The notes under the pieces were generated by a model. The model did no database searches and was not told the origin of the DNA. It saw nothing but the letters and a program-made list of their open reading frames with translations. The translations under genes were made by a program, and so were the position numbers. Below, one piece after another: positions 1-8,129 of a DNA stretch of 64,000 nt (within the stretch, counting starts at the first letter, position 1; each line of letters opens with the position of its first letter). The stretch is from Candidatus Eiseniibacteriota bacterium (GTDB taxonomy: Bacteria; Eisenbacteria; RBG-16-71-46), in contig DASXTP010000108.1 in NCBI GenBank assembly GCA_036505355.1, positions 14,857 to 78,856 on the forward strand, written 5' to 3'.

Positions 1-248
1 AGACCTTGGAGCGGGCTTTCAACTGCCGAAGGCTCTACCTCGGCGGCGGGAACGCGCGATTGGTTCGGAGCGGCCTGCCGGCCAACGCGCGCGTGGTGGA
101 CAACGTCGCCGGACTGCTGGGCGGCATCCGCCTGTGGGGCTCGTCGGGACGGAACTCGTCGGTTCGGCCCGCGCGGGTATCCCCCGCCGGGCGGGGCGGG
201 CGATCCCGACGTTCGCCCGCCCGAAGATCCCGATCGAAGAAGAAGTAG
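1..248 (+). CDS. ROK-family sugar kinase (polyphosphate-glucokinase-like), C-terminal fragment; 5-prime part lies outside the window
   Basis: The frame of ORF 6..248 reads RLYLGGGNARLVRSGLPANARVVDNVAGLLGGIRLWG, which resembles the C-terminal GGG...AG..G block of ROK/PpgK kinases. The following ~40 aa Arg/Ser/Pro-rich tail is low complexity, so the true stop may differ. Confidence 0.4.
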   Translation, partial: TLERAFNCRRLYLGGGNARLVRSGLPANARVVDNVAGLLGGIRLWGSSGRNSSVRPARVSPAGRGGRSRRSPARRSRSKKK

Positions 249-284
249 CTCCGGGCCCGGACTTGGCCCCGGGTTTTCGGTCCC

Positions 285-818
285 TCAGTTGACGCCGAGC
301 AGCTCGACTTCGAAGACCAGCGTGGCGTTTGGCGGAATCACCGGCGGCCGCCCCTGCGCACCGTAGGCGAGGTCCGGGGGGATGGTCAGCTTGCGCTTGC
401 CGCCAATGCGCATCCCCTTCACTCCTTCGTCCCAGCCGCGGATGACCTCGCCGCCCCCGAGCCGGAACTGGTACGGCTGCCCGCCCACCGAGCTGTCGAA
501 CTTCGTATGATCCGTCAGCCACCCGGTGTAGTGGACCGACACCGTCGACCCAGGTTCCGCGACGGCCCCCGTGCCCACCACCAGATCCTGGACCTTGAGA
601 CCGCTCGGCATGGTGACCTCCTGGGCGGCCCCTGGTGCCGGGGCAGAGTTCGGAGTCGCCGTCGAAGGAGCCGCGGGCGGCGTTGCCTCCGAGGTGGTGG
701 ACGCGGCGTTGTCGGCCGAAGAAGCGGCCTCCTGGCCAGCGCTGGACTTGGAATACTGCTGACAACCGGGCACCGACAGCAGAGCGATCAGCGCCAGCCA
801 TCGTGAGAGCTGCGTCAT
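285..818 (-). CDS. FKBP-type peptidyl-prolyl cis-trans isomerase, lipoprotein
   Basis: ORF 285..905 trimmed to ATG 818, with GGAG just upstream. Signal peptide with lipobox LLSVPGC. C-terminal FKBP domain ([46 protein letters not shown]). Confidence 0.9.
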   Translation of the reverse strand: MTQLSRWLALIALLSVPGCQQYSKSSAGQEAASSADNAASTTSEATPPAAPSTATPNSAPAPGAAQEVTMPSGLKVQDLVVGTGAVAEPGSTVSVHYTGWLTDHTKFDSSVGGQPYQFRLGGGEVIRGWDEGVKGMRIGGKRKLTIPPDLAYGAQGRPPVIPPNATLVFEVELLGVN

Positions 819-963
819 AGGTGTCTCCGTTTCGAGGAAGGAGATCCAGCCACAGGAAGACCGAAAAGAACCGCGACCCTGCCACATCCTTCCCGCGACC
901 GGCAAGCCGGAACTGGACGGCGGCCGAGCCCGGGTCGCACGAGCCGGATCCGGTCGCGTGACT

Positions 964-1413
964 TCACGGCCGCGGCCTCAACGACGATCGAACTTCCGCC
1001 AGAGTGGCGCGTGGAATCGAGTCGCGGGCTCCCGCGAGGGCCACCGCGCTGCGGGCCAGCCACTCGGCCTGATCGAGGTCGCGGCCGAGCCGGAGCAGCG
1101 CCACCGCCAGGTTGTTGCGCGCATCGGCGTCGGCCGGCGCCAACAGCAGCGCGCGCCGATAGCAGCGCTCGGCCGGCCGCCAGCGCTGCCGAGCTGCGAG
1201 GAGATTCCCACGATTCACCCACGCGCGGACGAATCCGGGCTCGCGCTCGAGCGCGCGGCGATACTCACGCTCGGCGGCGGCGGCGTCCCCGGCGGCCTCG
1301 TAGGCCACGCCCAGATCGTTGTGCTCGGCTGCGGTCAGCGCGTCGTGCAACACCACCAATCGAGAACACCCAACCAGCATCGCGGCCAGGCCGAGCGCCA
1401 GGAATCGGCTCAT
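964..1413 (-). CDS. TPR-repeat lipoprotein
   Basis: ATG 1413 overlaps the upstream stop (ATGA). Lipobox MLVGC. TPR-like repeats ([38 protein letters not shown]). Confidence 0.7.
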   Translation of the reverse strand: MSRFLALGLAAMLVGCSRLVVLHDALTAAEHNDLGVAYEAAGDAAAAEREYRRALEREPGFVRAWVNRGNLLAARQRWRPAERCYRRALLLAPADADARNNLAVALLRLGRDLDQAEWLARSAVALAGARDSIPRATLAEVRSSLRPRP

Positions 1414-1886
1414 GGTACCCTCCGCTCGACGATCAGCGCCTGGCGCCCTGCCGCTTCCCACCGCCGCAGCAAGTCCCGACGTCCGATTGCCCGCGGCCGA
1501 GGGCTACCGTCGTGCACGCGGTACCGATCGCGATCGGCCTCGAAGCCCACCACCACCGCGTAGTGCCCGCGCGTGACCGGGCCGAGGCCGCGCCGGTAGA
1601 GCAGCACCGGCGGCACCCCGTTTTGCAGCAACGCCTGGAGCGAGTCCTCGGTCAGGGTGGCGACCCGAGCGGCGAAGCCGGCGCGGCGCGCGCACGCCGC
1701 GAGATCGGTGATCAACGAGCCCCTCAGCGCCGGATCGTACGCGGCCTCGGCCGCGGCGGTGTGCGTCGAGTCGGCGCCATAGAAGCGCAGCACCATGGCA
1801 AGCGCGGCCGGGCCGCAGCGCTCCGGCGCTTGCGGGATCACCGGCACCGACAGCTCCACCGAAGCGAGCGCGCCGCTCCACGCCAT
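1410..1886 (-). CDS. C39-like (papain-fold) cysteine peptidase, PA2778-family-like
   Basis: Last 158 codons of ORF 1410..2774, starting at ATG 1886. Q..CGPAALAMVLRFYG fits the nucleophile Cys context and GHYAVVVGF fits the catalytic His context. The upstream part of the ORF is Arg/Pro/Ser-rich and non-coding-like. Confidence 0.65.
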   Translation of the reverse strand: MAWSGALASVELSVPVIPQAPERCGPAALAMVLRFYGADSTHTAAAEAAYDPALRGSLITDLAACARRAGFAARVATLTEDSLQALLQNGVPPVLLYRRGLGPVTRGHYAVVVGFEADRDRYRVHDGSPRPRAIGRRDLLRRWEAAGRQALIVERRVP

Positions 1887-1918
1887 GGCCAGCAGCGAGG
1901 CCCGCAGCGGCAGCCGGA

Positions 1919-2320
1919 TCACTTGATCACGATTTCCTTGTTGAGGAGCTTCAGGATCACGATCACTAGGATGATGATCACGAGCACCGCGACGAGCGTG
2001 CCGAGGCCATCGCTCCCCGACGGCAGGCCGTGTGCGACCGAGGCCAGCTGATGCAGCTCGGCGTCCGAGAGGCCCTGGAGGCGCGCGCGCGCTTCCTCCA
2101 CGGAGACGCCGTAGTCGCGCAGCTTCTGGGCCACGATCTTGTGCTCGAGGGCCCGTTGGATCACGAGCCAGTCGGCGTCGCGGACCAACTCGAGACCGGT
2201 GACCCCCGAGACGCGGGACGGCATCAACCCGGCGGCCGCTGGCGCGGCCTGGAGCGTGGCGAGGTGGGCGACGAGCAGCAAAGCGGTCCAATGACGAAGC
2301 GGACGGGGGAAGAAACGCAT
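1919..2320 (-). CDS. Small signal-peptide protein with C-terminal membrane anchor, PA2779-family-like
   Basis: ATG 2320 is preceded by AGGAGG. N-terminal signal sequence, GLSDAELHQLA motif and C-terminal hydrophobic anchor LVAVLVIIILVIVILKLL. From memory this matches the small partner protein of PA2778-type peptidases. Confidence 0.5.
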   Translation of the reverse strand: MRFFPRPLRHWTALLLVAHLATLQAAPAAAGLMPSRVSGVTGLELVRDADWLVIQRALEHKIVAQKLRDYGVSVEEARARLQGLSDAELHQLASVAHGLPSGSDGLGTLVAVLVIIILVIVILKLLNKEIVIK

Positions 2321-2505
2321 GGCTCCTCCTTGGGCTGGGCGTTCGCCGCGACGAGAAGGCGCGGACGAGGTCGAGCCTAGCGAGGTCCTCGATCCCGGGC
2401 AACCGCTTCCCGGTTCCACCCGTTCGACGTTTCACCCGACGTGGGACCGTCTGTGCTAAGCTTGTGAGTCGAGGACCGTCCGCGCCTCGCTCCAACACCC
2501 AACGC

Positions 2506-4515
2506 ATGATCCGCCTCCGCTCATCGGCCTCCGATCCTCGCCCCCGGCGCCTGCCCGGCAGCCGATCGATCATCGTCCTGCTGATCGAGCTCTCGATCGC
2601 GACCGGAGCCTTGGCGGCCCAGGCCGCGTCCGGTCTCGCGGACTCGGTGGCGACGCCTCCGGTCGAGACGGCTCGAGACTCGGCGGGGACTGCCGGAGCG
2701 GCCGAGCCAGACTCCGCCTTGGCCGGGGCGTTGGTGCGGGAAGGGCTGGAAAACGTTGCCGCGGACCACTCCAACGGTCACGTTCGCGTCGCGCTCGAGA
2801 ACCGCAAGTACCGGCACAGCGCCATTGCGTTCGGCATCGCCTCCCGTCTGGCCGAATCCCCCTCGATCCTGTTCGAGCGCCGGCTGGGGCTCGAGGCCGC
2901 GGCGGTCTACGACAGCGGAATCGATTCGCGTCCCTCGGTCCTTTACCCGAGTGACGGACGGTTCCCGACCCCGCCCACCGCGGAGCGACTGGCCTCGACG
3001 CAACGGAGCCTCGAGCTCGTCGTGCGTCCGCTGCTCACCTACGAGCTAGGCGAGCTCTTTCACCCGGTGCTCACGGAGATCGAGTTGATGCCGGAGCTGC
3101 GCTACAACCCATGGCCCGGCGGGCGACTCCGTGCCGCCATCGCGATTCCGATCCAAAACGATTTCAAGGCCGATTCGCTGCACCCCGACTTCGGGCAGGT
3201 CCGGCCGGGGCCGACTTTGCTCGAGCAGTACGCCTGGGCGCCCGGGACGGCGTTGCTGTCGGCGACGGCGGGCCTGTTCGGCAACAACCGGTACGGATTG
3301 TCGGCCGGCATCGCGCGCCCCCTGGGACACGGCAGCTTCCTGCTCGACGCGCAGGTCGACCTCACGGGGTTCATCGCCTTCCCGGACAGCGGCATCACGT
3401 ATTCCACGCCGTCCTGGTGGACGGGGTTCGCGGGTGTGACCTATCGCCCCCCCGCATTCGACCTGGCGGTGCGCGCCCGCGCGGCGCGCTTCCTGTTCGG
3501 CGACGACGGGGTCGAGCTCGAGGTCAAACGCACGATGGGCGACATCGACGCCGCCCTCTACTTGCAGGGCACCCGCTGGGGGGGCAGCTCCTACACGGTG
3601 GCGGGGATCCGCGTCGCCGTGCCACTGCCTCCCGCCCAGCGTCCGGTCGGGTCGAGGTTCCGGGTCCTGCCCGCCGAGCGTTTTTCCATCACGTACTCCG
3701 AAGAGGCGCTCCCGGTGGGCCGCTATGTCGGCGAAGTGGCCTCACGCGAGAACTACCTGCGCCAGTTGAGCCCGGGATCCCTGAGCGACAACGCCGACCG
3801 CTACCGGCGAGCGCGGGGGGGCGCGGCCCTCACCCGGACGCACCCGGAGGGATCCCCGGTGTCCTTGACCGGGATGACGGGGTTCGTGAACACGCCCTGG
3901 TGCGGGACGATCCAAGACCGACAGCTCGAGCTGGGCTACAACCAGATCCCCAAGCGGGTGGCGTACGCCCATCGTGAAGTAATCCGCAACGACGTGTACT
4001 ATGCAGCGTTAGGGATTCTGCCACACCTGGAGATCGGCGTTCGCTGGACGTACTTCCCGGGGCAGAGCGCCTGGGGGTTCCTCGTGCCCGATTCGCGCCT
4101 GATCGACTCCGACCGCATGCTGAGCGCCCGGATCGAGCTCCTCGAGCCCAAGCTCGGAAGGCCGGGGCTGGCAATCGGGGTCGAGGACGCCCAGGGGACC
4201 CGGCGGTTCCACTCAACCTACGCCGTCATAGGGGTTCCCGTGAATTTTTACCAATTGCAAAACCGCATAAGCCTCGGCTATGCTCCCACCATCTTCACGG
4301 CGGAGCGCCATGTCCTCGATGGGGTTTTTGGCGCCATCGAGGTGAGGCCCTGGCGGTACGGGGCCGTGAGTCTGGAAAACGACACCGAGAAGTGGAACAG
4401 CATGATCGGGGTCGATCTGGGCTTGGGCTTCAGGGTTCGCGTCGCGCTGTTGGAGCTGGATCGTGCCAGCACGGACAGGATCAGCATCGGCGCGGGGTGG
4501 TCGCACTCGCTGTGA
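2506..4515 (+). CDS. Secreted/outer-membrane protein with YjbH-like domain (exopolysaccharide-associated beta-barrel family)
   Basis: ORF 2464..4515 with probable start ATG 2506 (MIRLRSS..signal peptide..ALAAQAASG). The C-terminal third has GMTGFVNTPW..LELGYNQ..YYAALGILPHLEIGVRWTY. This parallels the E. coli YjbH signature GVGLLQTPTARM..LSLNYR..YYSASVQLFPWLETTLRYT. Confidence 0.55.
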   Translation: MIRLRSSASDPRPRRLPGSRSIIVLLIELSIATGALAAQAASGLADSVATPPVETARDSAGTAGAAEPDSALAGALVREGLENVAADHSNGHVRVALENRKYRHSAIAFGIASRLAESPSILFERRLGLEAAAVYDSGIDSRPSVLYPSDGRFPTPPTAERLASTQRSLELVVRPLLTYELGELFHPVLTEIELMPELRYNPWPGGRLRAAIAIPIQNDFKADSLHPDFGQVRPGPTLLEQYAWAPGTALLSATAGLFGNNRYGLSAGIARPLGHGSFLLDAQVDLTGFIAFPDSGITYSTPSWWTGFAGVTYRPPAFDLAVRARAARFLFGDDGVELEVKRTMGDIDAALYLQGTRWGGSSYTVAGIRVAVPLPPAQRPVGSRFRVLPAERFSITYSEEALPVGRYVGEVASRENYLRQLSPGSLSDNADRYRRARGGAALTRTHPEGSPVSLTGMTGFVNTPWCGTIQDRQLELGYNQIPKRVAYAHREVIRNDVYYAALGILPHLEIGVRWTYFPGQSAWGFLVPDSRLIDSDRMLSARIELLEPKLGRPGLAIGVEDAQGTRRFHSTYAVIGVPVNFYQLQNRISLGYAPTIFTAERHVLDGVFGAIEVRPWRYGAVSLENDTEKWNSMIGVDLGLGFRVRVALLELDRASTDRISIGAGWSHSL

Positions 4516-4624
4516 CCGAACGGGTCTAAGGTAGGCCAAGGACGGGCCTGCCCGGTCAGATCAAGGATGGCGGAGAGCGCAGCGCGGAGAGTAGCGTCAC
4601 TCCCTCGCGCATCAGGAGGAAACC

Positions 4625-5002
4625 ATGCAGCATGCCCGACCCAACCGACTTCGCCGCGCTGTCGCCTTTGCTGCGCTCGCGGTGCTGCTCGGCCTCGTCT
4701 CGCTCACTGTCTCACAGTGCACGATGGTGGGAGACAGCCTGACCGGTGTCGGCGTCACGCGTTCGGCACCCACGACCTGCTTGAAGCAGTGCAACGACTA
4801 CTACGCCCTGCTCTTCAAGTTGGAGCAGAAGCGGCACGACGCGGAAAACGACCTCTGCCAGCAATTGCCCACGAACGAGGAGCGGCAGGCGTGCACGGCA
4901 GCGGAGTCGGCTCGGCATCAGGCGGCCAAGGACCTACTGACCGCGGAAAAGAAGGCGTGTCAGGATGGCTGCCACCACCAGGGTACCGGCAGCGCCGGTT
5001 GA
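4625..5002 (+). CDS. Small exported Cys/His-rich protein, paralog 1 of 5 (unrecognised family)
   Basis: ATG 4625 is preceded by AGGAGGAA. 125 aa with signal helix ending SQC-T, CLKQCND, KRH, two single Cys, and terminal CQDGCHHQGTGSAG. Confidence 0.8.
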   Translation: MQHARPNRLRRAVAFAALAVLLGLVSLTVSQCTMVGDSLTGVGVTRSAPTTCLKQCNDYYALLFKLEQKRHDAENDLCQQLPTNEERQACTAAESARHQAAKDLLTAEKKACQDGCHHQGTGSAG

Positions 5003-5118
5003 TCTGCGGTTACGGATATTGTTGTCGAGTAGTGCGCGGCTGACTTCTCGCGGATAGACCACGGAGGCTGCTCTTCAGCCAGTTGAATAGTTCTTGCCTG
5101 CTACGGACGGAGGACATC

Positions 5119-5493
5119 ATGCATCATGCTGGACGCAAGCCACTGGGTCGGGTTGTCTCGCTCGCCCTTCTGGTGGCACTGCTGGGCGTCGCGTCCATGG
5201 CGCTTACGCGGTGTACGCTGACGGGCGACAACCTCACCGGAGTTGGCCTCAACCGGTCGGCCCCGACGACCTGCATCAAGAAGTGCAACGACGATTTCGA
5301 CAAGTTATTCAAAGAGGAGCAGAAGCGGCACATTGCGGCCAAGGACTACTGCCAGACGCTTCCGGCAAACCAGCAGGGCCCGTGTAACGTCGACGAAGAC
5401 GCCCTGCACATCGCCAACAAGGACGCCCTGACGGCGGCCAAGATCGACTGCCAAAATGGGTGCCATCATAGCGGGACCGGCAGCGCAGGTTGA
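5119..5493 (+). CDS. Small exported Cys/His-rich protein, paralog 2 of 5
   Basis: ATG 5119 (GGAGGA upstream) within ORF 5083..5493. 124 aa that aligns end to end with paralog 1 and ends CQNGCHHSGTGSAG. Confidence 0.8.
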   Translation: MHHAGRKPLGRVVSLALLVALLGVASMALTRCTLTGDNLTGVGLNRSAPTTCIKKCNDDFDKLFKEEQKRHIAAKDYCQTLPANQQGPCNVDEDALHIANKDALTAAKIDCQNGCHHSGTGSAG

Positions 5494-5595
5494 TCCGGAC
5501 TCAAGCAAGTAACGGGGCGATCCTCGGACTTCATCATCCGTGGAGGCAGATCTAGACGGTTGAAGACATTCTTGCCCCCAGGGACGGAGACCATC

Positions 5596-5970
5596 ATGGA
5601 CCGTAATGTCCACAAGCCGCTGGGTCGTTTTCCTTCGGCCGGCCTCCTGATGGTGCTGCTCGGCACTGTGACGCTGGTGCTCGAGCAGTGCACGATGACG
5701 AACGATCTGGTCGGGGTTGGGCTTACGCGAGCCGCAACGACCGGGTGTGTGCAGCGGTGCAATGATCAGTACACCGATCTTTTTAAATTGGAGCAGAAGC
5801 GACACCTGGCGGCGCTTGAGGTTTGCCAGCAAATCGAAGACAACAAGTTGCGGAACGACTGCCTGCAGGCTGAGTCGGCGACGCACGAAGCCAACAAGGA
5901 CGACCTGACTGCCAACAAGATTGCCTGCCAGGATGGGTGCCACCATCAGGGGACAGGCAGCGCCGGATAG
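5596..5970 (+). CDS. Small exported Cys/His-rich protein, paralog 3 of 5
   Basis: ATG 5596 (GGAGA upstream) within ORF 5560..5970. 124 aa, ends CQDGCHHQGTGSAG. Confidence 0.8.
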   Translation: MDRNVHKPLGRFPSAGLLMVLLGTVTLVLEQCTMTNDLVGVGLTRAATTGCVQRCNDQYTDLFKLEQKRHLAALEVCQQIEDNKLRNDCLQAESATHEANKDDLTANKIACQDGCHHQGTGSAG

Positions 5971-6071
5971 TCAGAAAAAAAGAAAGGATCTCGCCACGAA
6001 GTAAGAACCCAGGGTCGCGAAAGACGGAGGGAGCCGGCTACCCAACCCCCTGTGGCCGGAAGGTTAGTCTC

Positions 6072-6432
6072 ATGCACCTTGCTCGACTCCGTCGCTTCAT
6101 CGTCCTCTGTGCTCTCGCGGCCCTGACGAGCGTCCTCTCCCTGACGCTCGCGCAGTGCACCCTAGTGAGCGACTCGCTCACCGGTCTGCAGCCGGCGCCC
6201 TTCGCCTCGACCGAGTTGCGCTGGCCAATGCCGAGATGCGTACCGCGACGCGCTCTCCGCCGCGCGCAAGATCCATCAACGGAACCTGTCGGCCTGCAAG
6301 GACCAGCCGGATCCCCAGGCTTGCACGGACGCCGGGAACGCTCGTTGGGATCAGGTCCAGGTCGACCTGATGGCTCAGGAAGACGCCTGCATCGCCAACT
6401 GCCACAAGCAGGGAACAGGTAGCGCCGGCTGA
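6072..6432 (+). pseudogene. Small exported Cys/His-rich protein, paralog 4 of 5, interrupted by a 1-nt insertion
   Basis: The N-terminal part (MHLARLRRFIVLCAL..LAQCTLVSDSLTGLQPAPFAST) is in the frame of ORF 5937..6422. The rest (SCAGQCRDAYRDALSAARKIHQRNLSACKDQPDPQACTD..DACIANCHKQGTGSAG, stop 6430-6432) is in the +1 frame. There are 31 nt between the TG codons and the first CX3C Cys, against 30 nt in paralog 1. Confidence 0.7.
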
Positions 6433-6530
6433 TCCATCCCCGATGTACGCAACGCCCACCCCGCGAGCCAGGCCCCAGACCGAGCTCGCACCGCTCACGC
6501 CCCATTGAAAGGTTGGAGGATCACGTGCAG

Positions 6531-6899
6531 ATGCATCTTCGCCCCCCCCATCGACCCCTCGCGTGGGCCACGTTTGCCCTGTTGCTCGGATTCAGCTCGT
6601 TAGCCCTGGTGAGGTGCACGCAGGTCAGCGACCGTTTGACGGGCGTGGCGCTCGGCCGCCGGAGTCATGCCGACACCTGCATCAAAACGTGCAACGACCA
6701 ATACGCCAAGCTTTTCGACGACGAGCGCATCCGGCACATTGCCGCGGTGAAAGCCTGCCAGGATTTCTCGGATCGGGAGAAGAACCTGTGCTTGAAGGAG
6801 GAGGCCGCGCGGCACGAGGCCAACAAGCAGGCCTTGACGGCGGCCAAGCGGACGTGTCAGGGGAACTGTCACCGTCAGGGCGGGGGCTCGGCCGGATAA
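6531..6899 (+). CDS. Small exported Cys/His-rich protein, paralog 5 of 5
   Basis: ATG 6531 lies 10 nt after GGAGGA (GTG 6525 is also possible) within ORF 6513..6899. 122 aa, ends CQGNCHRQGGGSAG. Confidence 0.8.
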   Translation: MHLRPPHRPLAWATFALLLGFSSLALVRCTQVSDRLTGVALGRRSHADTCIKTCNDQYAKLFDDERIRHIAAVKACQDFSDREKNLCLKEEAARHEANKQALTAAKRTCQGNCHRQGGGSAG

Positions 6900-6915
6900 C
6901 CTAGGTTGGGAATGA

Positions 6916-6944
6916 GGGCCGCTGCTCCGCACGGGCAGCGGCCC
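6916..6944 (+). terminator. GC-rich hairpin after the paralog array
   Basis: Perfect 10-bp inverted repeat GGGCCGCTGC / GCAGCGGCCC starting 17 nt after the stop of paralog 5. There is no clear U-tract (GTTGAC follows). Confidence 0.4.
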
Positions 6945-7125
6945 GTTGACCTCACGGCATGCATCGCCTACGCTGCCGGCCGTGACCTCGTTCAAGCATC
7001 GTCTGCGGCGCAAGCGCGCCAAGCAAGCCGCCCGCAGGAAGGCCGATAAGGCCAAGGCCGTTCGCAAGCGCCGCCGGTAGAGGTGAGCCGGTGACTCGGC
7101 GCCGCGAGTCCGGGTCCCTCGAAGG

Positions 7126-7854
7126 TCAGCCGATCTCCAGGTACCTGAGATCCAGCGGCCCGAACAGACCGCCGCTCTGCCCACCGAAAAGCTCGGCGCC
7201 GCGCCGCAGATCCTCGGCCGAGACATCGATCACCGGAAGCTGGACCTCCTCCACGGCCGCCAGCTTCGAGGTGGTCGGGAGCGAAATCCGCTCGCTGGCC
7301 AGATAATCCTCGAACTCATCCAGCGTCCAGGCGAACAGCGCATCGACCTCCCACACCAGGTGGACCGTCTTGCCCCGCAGCAGTTCGGGCGGATCGTCGG
7401 GCCCGGTCGGCTGGAGCATGCCCACGGCACAGCAGTCGCACCCGAACCAGAAGTCGAGATCGCGGGCGAGCTTTAGGTTGGTGGCCACGCGAGCCTCGGC
7501 GGGGGCATCCTTCCACACGTTGGTGAGCAACTCGCTCAGCGCGAACTGGTAGCGCAGCAACGCCATCGGGTCGTCACTCGCGGCGCCGCGCAGACCCGTC
7601 GCGAGCACGCGCAGGTTCCGGATCGCTTCCAGGCGCACCCAGGGCGAGCGTCGGTTGGCCAGGCCGGTCAGGTTCTTGAGCGTGCCTTCCAGGCGCTCGC
7701 GCACCACCGCCAGCAGCTCGGCGAAGGTGCCGGAGTCCTTTTCGATGAACTCGACCGTGCGGCGCATCGCCTGGTTCAAGGGCAGGTAGGCGGCGCGCAG
7801 GGTGCCCCAGTCTTCGGTCAGGCGCTGCTTGGCGATGACGTCCCAGTGGGCCAC
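7126..7854 (-). CDS. Hypothetical protein
   Basis: ORF 7126..7914. The composition is coding-like throughout. GTG 7854 is preceded by GGGGGGAA, and the alternative start is GTG 7914. No recognisable motif. Confidence 0.6.
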   Translation of the reverse strand: MAHWDVIAKQRLTEDWGTLRAAYLPLNQAMRRTVEFIEKDSGTFAELLAVVRERLEGTLKNLTGLANRRSPWVRLEAIRNLRVLATGLRGAASDDPMALLRYQFALSELLTNVWKDAPAEARVATNLKLARDLDFWFGCDCCAVGMLQPTGPDDPPELLRGKTVHLVWEVDALFAWTLDEFEDYLASERISLPTTSKLAAVEEVQLPVIDVSAEDLRRGAELFGGQSGGLFGPLDLRYLEIG

Positions 7855-8129
7855 GTGTTCCCCCCGAGTGATCGTTGGTCCGGTCGATGCAAGTATAGCG
7901 GAGGGGCGTTTCACCGGTCCAACCGCGCACGTCCGGTGTGCACGTCAGGTGCCGTCGTGGCCGCGCTCCAGAGTCGCCCCTGTACAGACCCGAGGGTCGC
8001 CCATGGCTCCGTCCCTCCTGGCGTCGACGGCCGCCCGCGCGACCGGGGGCCGGGAGGGCTGTGCTATGCTCCCCGGCCTTTACCCCCCGACGGCGACCAC
8101 CATCCGAACGATGGGCACCGGAGAATCCG

